From Chiloscyllium plagiosum (lineage: Eukaryota), in the NCBI RefSeq assembly GCF_004010195.1, contig NC_057719.1, positions 65,537,634 to 65,601,633 of the forward strand: 64,000 nucleotides of DNA, in the 5' to 3' direction. Of the stretch, positions 1-13,292 are shown one piece after another (positions within the stretch are counted from its first letter, which is position 1; each line of letters starts with the position of its first letter). The notes under the pieces are model-generated. The model saw only the letters and a list, made by a program, of their open reading frames with translations, had not been told where the DNA came from and did not search any database. The translations under genes were made by a program, and so were the position numbers.

Positions 1-1127
1 ACTGATTAGCAATGTTAGATCACATGGAATACAGGGAGAACTAGCTACTTGGATACAGAACTGGCTCGAAGATAGAAGACAGAGGGTGTTGGTGGAGGGA
101 TGTTTTTCAGACTGGAGACGTGTAACCAGTGGTGTACCACAAGGATTGGTGCTGGGTGCACTGCTTTTTGTCATTTATATAAATGATTTGGATGTGAACA
201 TAGGAGATATGGTTAGTAAGTTTGCAGATGACACCAAAATTGGAGATGTAGTAGACAGCAAGAAGGTTACCTCAGCTTACAACAGAATCTTGATCAGATA
301 GACCAATGGGCAGATGGAGTTTAATTTAGATAAATTTGAGGTACTGCATTTTTGAAAGGCAAGTCAGGACAGGACTTACACACTCAATGGCAAGGTCCTA
401 AGGAGTGTTTTTGAACAAAGAGAACTTGGAGTGCAGGTTCATATTTCCTTGAAAGTGGAGTCTCAGGTAGATAGAATAGTGAAGAAGGCAATTGGTATGC
501 TTTCCCTCATTAGGCAGAACATTTGAGTGGAGGAGTTTGGTGGTCATGTTGTGGGTGTACAGGACATTGGTTGGGCCACTTTTGGAATATTGTATGCAAT
601 TCTGGTCTCCCTCCTATAGGAACAAAGTTGTGAAACTTGAAAGGATCCAGAAAGGATTTACAAGGATGTTGCCAGGCTTGGAGTAGTTGAGCTACAGGGA
701 GAGGCTGAATAGGCTGGAGCTGTTTTCCCTGGAGCATCAGAGGCTGAAGGGTGACCTTTTAGAGGTTTATAAAATCATGAGGGACATTGATAGGGTAAAA
801 AGACAAAGTCTTTTCCCAGGGTTGGGGGAGACCAGAACTAGAGGGCATAGGTTTAGGGTGAGAGGGGAAAGATTTAAAAGGGACCTAAGGGGCAACTTTT
901 TCATGCAGGGGGTGGTGCGTGTATGAAATGAGCTGCCAGAGGAAGTGGTGGCAACTGGTACAATTACAACATTTAAAAGGCATCAGTATGAGAATATGAA
1001 CAGGAGGAGTGTAGAGGGATATGGACCAAGTACTGACAAATGGGACTAGATTCATTTAGGATATCTGGTTGGCATGGGTGAGTTGGAAGAGTCTATTTCC
1101 ATGTGGTATATTTTAATAACTCTATGA
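1..1127 (+). mobile_element. CR1 LINE, decayed ORF2 RT C-terminal half and 3' UTR (truncated by window edge)
   Basis: Peptides VTSGVPQGLVLGALLFVIYINDLD, KFADDTKIG, LEYCMQFWSP, YRERLNRLELFSLE, RTRGHRF in shifted frames; ends in ctctatg tail. Confidence 0.95.
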
Positions 1128-1344
1128 GTCAGGAATGTTGCTTCATGTTGTGCAATCATTAGTAAACATCTCTACTTCTAACCTTATCACGGAGGGAAGC
1201 TCAATGATGAAGCAACTAAACATGGTTCGGCTGAAAACTCAGCTCTAAGGAACTGCATAATGTCAAGGTTGAAATTATTGGCTGCCAACAATTATAACCA
1301 TCTTCCTTGGTGCTAGGTTTGGGTAGAAAGGTCAGGTTGCTGTA

Positions 1345-1530
1345 ATCAGGCTGCTATCTTATTAAAGAGAAACAACTGGTGGTGATTTAACATGAGGGTC
1401 ACCATGTCTTAGATAAGGAGAGAAGAGAGTTCTTCATGGTAACCTCAGATGGTGCAGGAATTGAACCTGTGCTGTTGGTATTACTCACATTGCAAACCAG
1501 CTGTCCAGACAACTGACCTAACTAACCCCC
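1345..1530 (-). mobile_element. tRNA-derived SINE (family of 8789-8987)
   Basis: Reverse complement starts ggttagttaggtcagttg, has B-box-like ggttcaattcc and body ggtgaccctcatgttaaatcaccaccag matching 8789-8987. Confidence 0.75.
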
Positions 1531-1533
1531 AGA

Positions 1534-1697
1534 AGTAAAGTCACTATAGTCCCAGAGGACTATGAAACTGCTGTCTTATTAGAGAGAGAGAGAGAGAGAG
1601 AGATGATGGTAAGTTTAACCTGAGGATCACAATGCCTGAGGTGAGGTTGGGCAGGTAGGACCTTCATACTAACCTCAGACATTATGGGTATCATCCC
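1534..1697 (-). mobile_element. Second, 5'-truncated copy of the same SINE with (GA)n expansion
   Basis: gtaaagtcactatagtc...ttaacctgaggatcacaatgcctgagg matches the reverse complement of the 8789-8987 body; (ag)n at 1581-1602. Confidence 0.7.
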
Positions 1698-3298
1698 ATC
1701 AGATGGAAACTTTTCCCTATTCCCATTGATTTCAATGTGACTGGGCTCAATATCTAGATATCAAAGGCAGTCAACTGTACTTCACATCTTGAGTTCAACT
1801 CCTCTGTTCAATGTTGTATTGGGGTCAAGAGCTGAATGTTCCCGACACAACCCAACTTAACATTTTTAACCAGCTTATTGTTGGGTAAGTACTGATGACA
1901 GCACTGTCAATGACATCCTACACCACTTTGTTGTTGATTGATGGTAGACTGATAGGGTGGGAAGTTGCCAGATTGGTTTGGTCCTACTTTTCATAGATTG
2001 GATATATTTGGGCAATTTTCACCTTTTTGGGTAAATGCCAATTTGGTGTTGTGCTGGAACAGCTGGGATAGGGGTGCTGTGGATGCTGCAAGCACATCTT
2101 TTGTAGCCAAGATGTTTTCATGGTCTACAGTCTTTGCAGTTTCCAGTGCTTTCAGACATTTCAACATCTCATCGAGTGAGTTGAATTGGGTGAAGAATTG
2201 CCAGCTTGATGCTGGGAAACTGAAGGCCAATGTGAGTTAACCACTTAGCACTTTGGGCTGAAGGTGATTGAAATTGCTTCAGTCTTGTTTTTTGCTGACA
2301 AGCTGTCTTCTAGCACTTCGACCTACAAGGCAGTGGTGACCTTCGGTACACTAACACTTGAACCCAGGCTCGTACACGTTGATGGGTTGGATTCTCCCTT
2401 CATTGTAGATGAGGATGTTCAAGGAGCCAATGCCTCCCATCAGTTGTTTAATTTTCTTTATCAGCACCTGGGAAGAAGGTCGAGCTTAGATTTAATCTAC
2501 TGAGTGTGGGATCGCTTTGATTTCCAGGTGCTGCTTACTCTATTTGGCATGTATATGGTCTTGTGTCAAGGCTTCAACAGTTGCACCTCAGGTTTTCGAA
2601 TGCCTTCTGCTGCCTTGCCACACCCTCCTACATTCCTAATTGAATCGGGATTGATCCATTTCCTTTATGGTCATGGTGAAAATGTTTAATTTGTGAACAA
2701 GGATTCCTCTCTTGAGTATGCCTTTCTTCTGCACTAAAGTGAATTTACGTTTCCAAAGGAAACCGATTTGAGCAGGCTTTCTTGAGTTAATGGAATGGTG
2801 AGTCAATAAGACATCACAGACAGAATAGAAATAAAAGTGAGTCCAAAAAAAATACCAGTTAAAAGATGTACGTATTTATGGCCATTTGTAAAGAATAGAT
2901 AATGGTACAATGCGAGTTGAGGAATCATTTCTGGAAGCCTCGGCGCTTCATGTTTATTGAAATACTTTTGTCCTATTGTCTTTTGACTCATTTGCTGATG
3001 AGCTGGCTTCTAGCACTGAGAGTGAGAGTGAACTTTCAGTTCACTAACATTTGAACCCAGACTAATACAGATGAGTGTCTCCATTCACTAGCACACCTTC
3101 TTCAACTCGCACACTAAAGCACAGTTGAATTGGCTTTTAAATCCTGTTCTTGTGAATTTTCACAAGTCTACAAGATAGAACAATCATGCTTCCAGACTGC
3201 CGTCACTTCTCCTGCATGATCACGATTTGAAGTGACTCCAAGGGGGTTGCCATTCAGTTTGTTTTCCATTTACATCTATTCTTTTGAAACTTTCTTGA

Positions 3299-4050
3299 CA
3301 CCTCAATGGTAAAGTCCTAGGGAGTGTTGCTGAACAAAGAGACCTTGGAGTGCAGGTTCATAGTTCCTTGAAAGTAGAGTCACAGGTTGATAAGATAGTG
3401 ACGAAGGCACTTGGTATGCTTTCCTTTATTGGTCAGAGTATTGAGTACAGGAGTTGAGGGGTTACGTTGCAGCTGTTCAGGACAGCTGCAACGTAACCCC
3501 TCAACTCCTAGGCCACTTTCGGAATATTGTGTGCAATTCTGGTCTCCTTCCTATCAGAAGGACGTTGTGAAACTTGAAAGGTTCAGAAAAGGTTTACAAG
3601 GATGTTTCCAGGGTTGGAGGATTTGAGCTATGGGGGAGGCTGAACAGGCTGGGGCTGTTTTTCCTGGAGCATTGAAGGCTGAGGGGTGACCTTGTAGAGG
3701 TTTATAAAAACATGAAGGGCATGGATAGGATAAATAGACAAAGCCTTTTCCCTGGGGTGGGGAGTCCAAAACTAGAAGGCATAGGTTTAGGGTGAGAGGG
3801 GATAGATATAAAAGAGACTAGAGGGCAAGAGGGCAGAACACGTATGGATTGAGCTGCCAGAGGAAGTGGTAGAGGCTGATACAAATACAGCATTTAAAAG
3901 GCATCTGGTTGGGTATATGAATAGGAAGGGTTTAAAGGGACATGGGTCAAGTGCTGGCAAATGGGACTAGATTAGGTTAGGATATCTGGTCAGAATGGAC
4001 GAATTGGACCAAAGAGTCTGTTTCCATGCAGTACATTCTATGACTCTATG
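3299..4050 (+). mobile_element. CR1 LINE 3' fragment
   Basis: Colinear with 383-1127; EYCVQFWSPSYQKDVVKLER; tail ttctatgactctatg. Confidence 0.95.
3449..3509. repeat. Perfect 28-bp inverted repeat with 5-nt loop inside CR1
   Basis: aggagttgaggggttacgttgcagctgt (3449-3476) - tcagg - acagctgcaacgtaacccctcaactcct (3482-3509). Confidence 0.95.
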
Positions 4051-4196
4051 TGATATTACAGGGTATCTCTCTCTTTCTCTCTCTCTCTCTCTAAACAGGT
4101 ACTGAATTTACATTCCCAGTCAGTTGTTTGGCTGTAGCAGTCCCCTTTTTTTTAAAAAAACGTATGTTGGAATTAAGGCTTCAATATGCCCATAGG

Positions 4197-4456
4197 TGGT
4201 CTGGGGTTATGATTCAAGCTCATGACAACAGATTTACTTCCTTTGAAGGACATTTGTGAGTCAGATAGTTTTTTTTAATGACAATCTGTTTCATGATCTT
4301 CATTATGGAAAGTAGCTTTTTTTCCAAATTTTATTATTATTGAGTTGATTTTAAATTTCCCAGCATACATGTTGATCATGTGATCACATGTTTCTATCTC
4401 AATTGTCCAGTATCTGAATTACTGGTCCAGTGGGATGACCACTATGTCATCGTACC
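4197..4456 (-). mobile_element. Decayed SINE (family of 39760-40126)
   Basis: Colinear similarity to 39860-40120 (cagatttacttcctttgaaggacatttgtgagtcagatag...actggtccagtgggatgaccactatgtcatcgtacc). Confidence 0.6.
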
Positions 4457-5950
4457 TGCTCATAGGATATTAGGAGAGAATGGGTAAGGAGATGTTAAAG
4501 TTCAAGCTGGCGTTTGTCTGTTGGCAAAGGAAGAAGGAGAGAATCTGGGTACCTGTCCAGTAGCAGGAGGTGCAGGCAGCACCTGGTGAGAAGGCAGCAG
4601 TGGAAGATTTACTCATCCTGTTTAAATATATTGTGCACATTCAATATAACATTTACAGTGTAATATGTGATATATCCAATGTATGCTCAGAAGCAATGAT
4701 CAAAGAAGTATTTGAAGACACAGGGCTGAATTTTACCATATTTGGCTAAATGCGAGTTGCATCTAGATTTTTAGCATGAAGCTTGATGATATTTCTCACT
4801 GTATCTTACCAAACATGCCTCTTTGACTACATATCCCATTCCAACACATCCCTCACTTCCAGTTCTAACCCATCTTACCAGGATGACTCAGGTCTTATGT
4901 CATATCAGTTTGAAGATGGGCTCTGATGAATGCAATGGTATGGTTGAGGTGTCTTGGGCTAGGAAGGGGGTCGGAGCACAGTGTGCATTACTGTTTGGAA
5001 GTAACTTGTTGGTCACTCATCTGCTGTGGCATCTTCAAGTTGGAGTGTGCTGAAGATAGACCTTGACCCTGCCCCAGCCCAGGACACTTCTCTACTGCCA
5101 AGCATGACAGTCTGTGTGTCTGCTCAAAAGACCAGTACTGCAGTATTGATAGCCTTTGACTCGAGCAGATGTACCAACATGATAACAGACATGGTACTTC
5201 ATGGTAAGACTAAGCGAACCTGTGGATTCCAGAGATTGTGCTTCCTTGACATCTTCCCAAGTGTTCACAACTGACTAAGGAGTAGGAGTGATGGTAATTA
5301 TGTCCTACTTCCTATCAAACTAAAGTAATTATTGTAAATCCTGGTACCAAGGAATGCATGATAAGAATTGTCTCTTATTTTACTGTAAGTGTTTACCTAT
5401 ATGCAGTATACATTGTCAAAATTTAATAGTAAAGTAATAATGGACTCCTACAAACCTGCTGCAGAATATTGTAACTATAAGTTATGTTTGATACAGTCTG
5501 GGATACATGAAGCATAAGAAACGCACCTTGCCCCCATCTGATGTATTCTCTCTGCTATTATATTAACTCATGTAACATGAACACTGGGACAGAACATTCA
5601 CTGAGAGTATCAGAGGTTTTTATATTCCCAGAGCAACTAAATACATTGCGAATCTATCACGGATACCTATATGGTCTGTGTTCTATCACTTAACAGGTTG
5701 GTTGACTAACAGACTTTCTTGATGGATTACAAATTACAACACGGATTGTGTATGATTGGTCTGATGTCTTTGCACAAGAATATCATGTTGCATGTTGTCA
5801 CACCAATGTCATTACTTAACTCTATTAAACGTTCAATTTTGCATGATTGTAGAAGCAATCAATATCACATTTACCCTTTTCCTTAAAGAAAATAGGATTT
5901 CTCCCACGAGAAGCACGTACAAAGATACACAACAAATATAAAGTTAAACA

Positions 5951-5999
5951 TTTTTAACTTTGTACACCTCAGTCCAACACCGGCATCTCCAAACCATGA
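5951..5999 (+). mobile_element. Short PLE-type terminal fragment
   Basis: ttttaactttgtacacctcagtccaacaccggcatctccaaaccatga matches 26757-26803. Confidence 0.6.
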
Positions 6000-6299
6000 C
6001 AACAAATATAATTGAGACTTGTTTCCACACATTATCTTTACACATTGAGATAACATTTTGATGAATGTATAATGTGACTGGATTCAGTTTTTGCAGAGAT
6101 TTCAGGATGTGATTGTGTTATTTTGCACCATTTTGTGTTATCTGCGACTGTAGATTGGTGTGAAATGTTCACTCTGAGGGTTTGCTGTCTGGTGTTAACA
6201 CAATACTTCCAATGTCTGCAAGATTATCTTGGCTTACTTGTGGATTGTCATACACAATTTGAATGTGTATTCTGTTTTTTCTAAGAATGTCATCTAATA

Positions 6300-6551
6300 T
6301 AATAGGTGCAGAAAATAATTGAGAAGGCCAGTAGAATGCTGTCCTTTATAACTAGAGGACTAGAGTACAAGGATGTAGATATTATGCTGCAGTTATGTAA
6401 AATCTTGGTTAAACCTGACACTGTGAACAGAAAAGGTCACCACACCTTAGGAAGGATATATTGCCTTGGAGGGAACATAAGTTTACAAGAATGATACCTG
6501 AACTTCAGGGGTAATGTTATAATTGTGAGATTATAAAATTAGGTCTGTTTT
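6300..6551 (+). mobile_element. CR1 ORF2 fragment
   Basis: KASRMLSFITRGLEYKDVDIMLQLCKILVKP is the CR1 post-RT motif. Confidence 0.85.
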
Positions 6552-6885
6552 CACCTCTCCTCTGGAATTCATTATCCATATTTGAACCAAGGCTGTAATG
6601 AGGATAGGAGGTGAGTGGCCCTGGCAGAACCAAACTGGGCGTCACTGAGCAGGTTATTACAGAACAGGTGCTGCTTGATAGCACTATTAATGACACCTTT
6701 CATCTCTTTACTGATGATCGAGAATAGACTGATGAGGTGGTAATTGGCTGGGTTAAATTTGTCCTGCTTAATGTGTGCAGAACATAGTGGGAAATCTTCC
6801 ATATTGTCGGGTACATGCCAATGTTGGAAGACCTTGGCTGAGGGAGTGACAAGTTCAGGAGCACAAGTCTTCAGGACTATTGCAT
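6552..6885 (-). mobile_element. LINE family B RT N-terminal fragment
   Basis: NPANYHLISLFSIISKEMKGVINSAIKQHLFCNNLLSDAQFG matches the NYRPISL...QFGF RT motif; aligns to 28470-28750. Confidence 0.85.
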
Positions 6886-8429
6886 GGCATAAATACAGTT
6901 CTAACAAGGTGTTGTGTAATTCACATGCCCTGACCAAATTAGCCTTAAATTTTCCACCAATGTAGGTTTTCACTTGTACAATGGTTACAACTTGACTGAG
7001 GCACTGGAAATTTTGCTGATGCTTGTAGACACATAGCCAAGCATGAGTCAATACCTTCAGGGAAGGATGGAGATGGCTTTATGAATTTGGTTTCCTCCCT
7101 TTACCACACCCAAATGTCTTAATCTGGAGGTGTCCCTAATTTACTTCTGGTATGGTGTTATTACTCATTTTTTTGCTGTGGCCAACCTTCTTTGCTCAGA
7201 CAATTCTACATTAAGCCATTGATCTTAGGCTGGTGGCCAACAGCACTAACATTGTTATTAGCCTTTTATTACTTTTCCAACGCTGTCGAAACAAGTACTA
7301 GATTGTTTGTTCACTTTAGCTATATTGGATAAGTTCAGGCTTTCTGTGGTTATTAAATTTTGTGAGCCACAACGTATTCTCCAAACTAATATCCTTGATT
7401 CCCCCTCCAAGCACCAAATAATTTGTTGAGCTGGCCTATTCTCAATCTTCAACCTCATCATTATCATTTGTTGCATTTCACTCCCTCTTTCACTGCATTA
7501 TCTTCTATTATAATGTACTTTTATTATGTTGTAAATCATGTCACATTTCATTGACTTGTTTTCGCTCATATCCTGATAGACTGCATTTTTTTTTAAAATT
7601 TGACCTCATGTGTGATTTTCCTTTGGTTTGTTTTTGTTAAAGTTCTGTCTGTACATTCTTTCCATCTCCTTTCCAATTTAAAGACCAATTGAGCATTTCT
7701 GTTATGTACCAGCCATCTGTCTTATCTTAAACTATTTGCTTTCATCATTGAACCAGTGGAACTCACAAACAAGAGCTCCTCTGCAGCAGTTACATGCGGG
7801 TCACAATGTCATGTGGTCAAAAAGCATGTTCCTGGAATGTTTATCCCCAGGGTTATACACCAAGAAAAAATAAACTACTGTCGGACTTCTGGGAAAGACT
7901 TTCATAGACATTCTGCTATGTAGGAAGAAACCCAATGCCCACAAGCTTTTGAAGTATGGAGAAATATTTATATGCATGTCTAGTCTCACAATCCCTTCAA
8001 TGTAAGAGTTGTTCTTATAAACTGAGCCCTTCGTGAGACAGGTTCATTTATTACTGATGTGCTTCTGTTGCTTTTATGTAAAATATTCAGGTACATGTTT
8101 GAACCAGTTTTAAGTTGAACAGGAACTTCTGTGTGGTGAATAGCAATTTGCGTGTCAAATACTGACATTTGGCAAATTTCATATTCTGCCCACTATCCTC
8201 ATCTGTTCAACAGTGTTTGGAGAGTTTGGACTGTATCTCTGGGTACAAGGTGTACACATTAGATTCTGTTTTGCAAGTTTATCAGGTCATCTGACTTGGA
8301 AAAATCATCTGTATGAAGGAAAACTCTAGTCAGTAGTCTTAGGTGAAGTAATGGTTGTATCACATTGATGACTGCAGGAGGGTCATCTTACTGACTAAGA
8401 TGATACAGAACAGTTTTATATTTGTGCAC

Positions 8430-8700
8430 TGGCTGTTGGTGTTGCTGGCTGGGCCAGCATTTATTGCCCATCCCTACTACCCATTGGTGGATGATGTTGA
8501 GCTGCCTTCTTGAACTGCTGCACCCACATTGCTGACATGCAGCAAATGCCAGGATTTTAACCTAGCAACAGTGAATGAACAATGATCGGCTCCAGGTCAG
8601 GATAGTGTGTTTAGAGGGGAGCTTGTGGGGAGTGCCATTTACATTCATCTGCTGTGGTGTAGGTCACAGGTTAAGAAGGTGCTTTGGGAGGAATGCTGAT
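8430..8700 (-). mobile_element. LINE family B 3' end
   Basis: gctggctgggccagcatttattgcccatccct...gagctgccttcttgaactgctg matches 27395-27480. Confidence 0.75.
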
Positions 8701-8788
8701 ATTTTTGTGTTTTTACATGCTTGTTGAGAAATGTAAAGCAATGAAAGAATTTGTAGAATGTAACAACAACAGTCTGTCAAATTGCAAC

Positions 8789-8987
8789 ATGGTTAGCTCA
8801 GTTGGCTGGATGGCTGGTTTGCAACACAGAGTAATGTCAACAGCATGGGTTACATTACTGCATTCTTTCTCAACCTCTCCTTTGTCTGAGGCATGATGAC
8901 CCTCATTTTAAAACCACCACCAGTAACTTACTCTAATGAGAGAGCAGCCCTCTGATTTGGTGGGACTATGGTAAGTTTACCTTTACC
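8789..8987 (+). mobile_element. tRNA-derived SINE, about 200 bp, (tttacc)n tail
   Basis: A-box-like tagctcagttgg head; homologous copies at 1345-1697; ends tttacctttacc. Confidence 0.75.
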
Positions 8988-9196
8988 CTTTGCATATGAC
9001 TGCTTTTATGCTGATAGGGTGGATAGTCCAATATGATGGGTGGTTTCTGTGGACTCCCTCAATTTATACAATGAAGACAGGGTCATTGATACTCACTGGA
9101 TGTGAATTACCTGCTGGATGACAACGTAATATCCCAATTCAACATGCCAGCATTGTATCAAATGGGACTCAGCTCCCGAATCAGTATGGCTTGTTT

Positions 9197-9509
9197 GATT
9201 AGATTAGATTCCCTATAGTGTGGAAACAGGCCCTTCAGCCCAACAAGTCCACACCGACCCTCCGAAGTGAACCCACCCAGACTCATTCCCTCTGACTAAT
9301 GCACTTAACACTATGGGCAATTTAGCCTGGCCAATTCACCTGACCCGCATATCTTTGATTGTGGGAGGAAACCAGAACACCCGCAGGGACCCACGCAGAC
9401 ACGGGGAGAATGTGCAAACTCCACACAGACAGCCTCCGAGGCAGGAATTGAACCTGGGTCCTTCGTCCTGTGAGGCAGCAGTGCTAACCACTGAGCCACC
9501 GTGCCACCC
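9197..9509 (-). mobile_element. HE1-type V-SINE
   Basis: Reverse complement gggtggcacggtggctcagtggttagcactgc, B box ggttcaattcc, V-domain gtctgtgtggagtttgcacattctccccgtgtctgcgtggg, (aatct)n tail. Confidence 0.92.
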
Positions 9510-10999
9510 ACGGAGGTAAATACATCTACAAGAAAATTTTTAAACTATATGATATTAACATTTAACATTATAAAACAGTGATCTAAATGAAAGGTTTCAC
9601 AGTAAATTCAAGGGAAATGTCACAATAAGAATAAAATTAGGACAACAAAAGGAATTCTAACATAATCTTTGTAGCCTTTGGACACTCTCACCTTTACAAA
9701 TAAACTCTTGTCATCACTTACTACTTCAGATGTTTCCTGATTGTGAACATAATCCATATCCAAATTGTTTTTCTCCAACGCAAAGGTTAACCTTGATGAA
9801 AACTACTTGAAACTGTCTATTTGTGAAATATTTTGTTCTCCAAGCACTAACATTACTGACTGAATCAGCAACAAATTGCTCTGTACTCACACTGTTCGCT
9901 GTGCGGCTCACTGTTTGGCTGGGGCTCGGAAACTGATTGGATTCTGGACGAGAATCAAAGTTTTCCATTTTGTTCATATCATGTATCTTCCAGATTATGT
10001 TTCTTAAAAATGTACTTGACTACCAGCACAAAATCTGACGCCAGGTGGTTCAATTATCCTGTTGGGTTCCTTTACTTTTTACCCATATGGCTGAGCCAAG
10101 GGGTACTGCAGATTTGAATCACTCCCCTATTTGAATGGCAAAATAGTAACTCCTAGTCTTGATCCCCAGAAGTCAAGATGAAGGAAGGTGTAGCATGTGG
10201 CATAATGACACTTAAACTTCCAGTGCAATTATGTTACCCTTCCAACTGAAACCAATAGAATTCAACCTTTGTTTTTGCATGAAGAGAAATTTGGCATATA
10301 TAAAGAATAAAAACAAGAAAATGGGAAGCAAATGGTGGAATGGAACAGCAAAGGTATTGACAGATACTGAGGTGACCCATGTCAGAAAGGGATAACTTGA
10401 AGAATGATGCACACCGAGGAAAAGCAGTGAACTTCAAACAGGAAGAGGATACATTTGTGAGGCACATTTGTGCACTAAAACAGTGAGCATTAAATGTGTT
10501 CGATAGTTTACAGATGGGGAATTTGACCACCATTACCGTCCAAGCAGGAATACAGAGCATAAACAGGTAGTCAACCTGAGGTGAGCAGTGCCAACAACAC
10601 CAGAACACAATAGTGGCTTCTCCTGGGACTGCAAGGAGTCCTGAGAAGGAGGGAGTAGGATATCACATGTCAATGTTGTCTGGGAATTTTTGGTGGGGAA
10701 GGGAGCCTTGTAATGAAGGACGAGGTGCAGGGCTTCAGGTTTTTGGGGCAGAGACATCCCAAATCTCTTTAAAATTATACCATTTATTTTATATTGCTTC
10801 TGCTCTTCTTCCTACCCAAAATGTGGCACTTTAAATTGTCCTGAGTTACATTTCATCTTTGTGTTTGTATATTTTACAAATCTAAGTCTTCCTGAAGTCT
10901 ATTATCCTCGTTGTTCACTATGTTTTTTTTAAATTCTATGTCGTCCTTTGTAAGTTTATTTAGATTTTGTGTGAAAGGAAATTTATGAAGAAACAAAAC

Positions 11000-11285
11000 A
11001 CAAACATCATAAAATGCTTCATAAACAACCAGTTGCTTTGTTGTGCAGGCACATAGGCAAATCGAGCAGCCGTGTTGCACAGAAGCTCCCCACAAATGAC
11101 AATGAAATGAATAATCAATAGACTTGCTTTTGGCAAGGAAGGAATTTGGCCAGAAGAGGAGGTGCACTTACTGTTCCTCTTTGAGTCATGGAATTTAATG
11201 TTCATTTGAAGAGGCATCCAGCAAAATTTATTGCGACACTTGCTTACTGAAAATATTAAGGTGGTCACCTTACACTCTGAGCTCG
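11000..11285 (-). mobile_element. Decayed DeuSINE (SacSINE1-like)
   Basis: Reverse complement contains cattgtcatttgtggggagcttctgtgcaacacggctgc, resembling the DeuSINE 3' region as recalled; similar to 36555-36945. Confidence 0.55.
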
Positions 11286-11729
11286 AATATGGAAATAGAA
11301 AAGAAAAACACACTTGCAATTTACAAATTGAAAAATAAATATTCCATGCAATATATCTCATTCCACAGCAGAATGCTGAGGGTGGAGATTGCTCACTTTC
11401 ACTGATTTAAGTGCAAACTCTTTTTGGAATTTTTATCTGATGATTGCTTCCAGACCATTAAACTGAGGAGTTTGTGATTTACAGACATAGGAGACACGAT
11501 TTTTCTAACCTTTTATTGTGACTAACAGTATTTTTAAAATGTACATGTTAAATTTGGCCATGGCTTTTATTTGGAATTAGTCTGCAGCTGTGAAACTGTC
11601 TGGATGTTGGAATAACAGCCATACATATGTCCAACTTAATGATGAATGGTCTTTCCATGATAAAAGGAAAGATCTTTTGTGTTGCTTAATTACATGCAAA
11701 TATAACCATTCTTTGTTTTGCTGTTGAAG

Positions 11730-11782
11730 GAAATTTCAAATACAGATACCAATCACCACATGTACTTAGAGACAACCTCCAG
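11730..11782 (+). CDS. Candidate 53-nt internal exon (G)NFKYRYQSPHVLRDNLQ of an unidentified host gene
   Basis: Acceptor tataaccattctttgttttgctgttgaAG, donor CAG|GTAATT, in unique sequence; one open frame ends in phase 0, compatible with 26311. Confidence 0.3.
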
Positions 11783-12553
11783 GTAATTACTAGGATTCTA
11801 GCTCATTGGAAAAACAGGAGGGGGAGTATTATGGATAGGTGGGATTACACGGGCCAAAGATGTAACAGTTATTCTAACTGACCCCATTACTATGTTATTA
11901 CTTAATTAATATGACAAAGTAAATAAACTTTGCATTTGTAGTTCCTGAACTCTCTATCTTTTATTTTGGAATGCTGCTTTAAATGAGTTAAAATAACATA
12001 AATAAATAAAACAGCATGGGTAGACAAAGAATTAGTCATATTCCCATGGTTCAATTATATTTTGTGTATGTGTAAAATGTTCAGGGAGAATTGTCATAAA
12101 TGCTCTCTCTCTATCTCTCTCTATCTCGCTCTCTGTCAGGTCAATCCCTGGCTTTGAGAAAAGACAAGCTAGCTGCTTAGCGTCTGCCAACCTCCTTTCT
12201 AACTCAGCGACTGACAAATGTGGAAAAAGCCAGTGGTGACTCAAGCACTACGTTTTCTTTGCTAATTCCAGAGGTACATTCTTGCTCCTTGAGTTATCAG
12301 CTAAGGTCAAAGGTTCACCATGCATAAAATCCTGGGTGTAGGCTTTTGTCTTAATATTTTATATGAATTGCATTTGAAACACTTTTGCCTCAGCTAAACT
12401 GGACAGAATTGAAAGAAACAGCATTAAAAAAAACTCAAAATTTTGAACATGAATTGATTCCATAGTTACTTCATGCCCTAGACTCTGTGAATTTTTATGT
12501 TTGTTCAAATGCCCATTTCCCTCAAAGCAGTGCCTGCCCATAAAACTAGCCAG

Positions 12554-12729
12554 AGGCAAAGAAACTGCAGATGCTGGAGTCCAAAGCAGACAGGTAGGAA
12601 GCTGGAAGAACGCAGCAAGCCAGGCAGCATCAGGAGGTGCAGAAGTCGATGTTCAGAACAGAAGGAGGGTTACACCCGAAATGCTGACTTCTCCACTTCC
12701 TGATGCTGCCTGGCTTGCTGTGTTCTTCT
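12554..12729 (-). mobile_element. PLE-derived foldback mini-insertion with 14-bp TSD
   Basis: TSD ataaaactagccag at 12540-12553 and 12730-12743; internal inverted arms gaagaacgcagcaagccaggcagcatcagga / tcctgatgctgcctggcttgctgtgttcttc. Confidence 0.85.
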
Positions 12730-12933
12730 ATAAAACTAGCCAGGCTTTTGGTTTGAATTCACGAATTTCCAACTGTTGTGTTTGTTTGCCACAGCATGGC
12801 CAGAAAACTAGGTGCACATACATTTGTTGTGAAATGTCCTGATGGAAGATGAAATGTTTGTTAAAAAGTTTTTTTTTCTCAGCAATGTTCAACATCTGTA
12901 TTATTAAATGACTATTTAATTACCAGGAAGAAG

Positions 12934-13023
12934 TCATTCCTGATGAAGGGTTTTTGTTTGAAATGTCGATTTTACCGGTCCTTGGATGCTGCCTGACCTG
13001 CTGTGCTTTTCCAACACCACTCT
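12934..13023 (+). mobile_element. PLE 3' terminal (pLTR) fragment with decayed hammerhead core
   Basis: ttcctgatgaagggtttttgtttgaaatgtcgat...gatgctgcctgacctgctgtgcttttcca, same family as the 3' end of the GIY-YIG element at 18164-19095. Confidence 0.8.
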
Positions 13024-13292
13024 GTTTAATTGCTTGTACCAGTTACGACCAGTATAGTCAGTTGGAACCTGGCCCTGTAGTGTCTCTGCTGCTGCCAATG
13101 TGTGGCCATCACCAAAAAGGATAGCATTGGTATCCTACCTTTAATTACAGTGAAAGTGGTATTATCCAAAGAACCTTGGTGAGTTGTTGCAATGCACCTT
13201 TTATACAGTACAGATGGCTATAATGGGACCCATCTGTGGTGGAGGGAGTAAGCGATTATGTTGGTAGATGAGGTGGTAATCTAGTGGATAAA

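Larger units (their letters stand above)
1128..2690 (-). mobile_element. Old LINE family B (CR1/L2 group) ORF2 relic, interrupted by two SINEs at about 1320-1697
   Basis: 1128-1318 and 1700-2060 align by eye with the family B copy at 28130-28750; minus-strand peptide LKALETAK...APLSQLFQ is typical of the region upstream of a LINE RT. Confidence 0.7.

Noticed and set aside
9722..10002. Two minus-strand exons with GTGAGT and GTAAGT donors, overlapping an 83-aa ORF
   Set aside because: Acceptors are weak, the best join introduces a stop and the peptide is unrecognisable.
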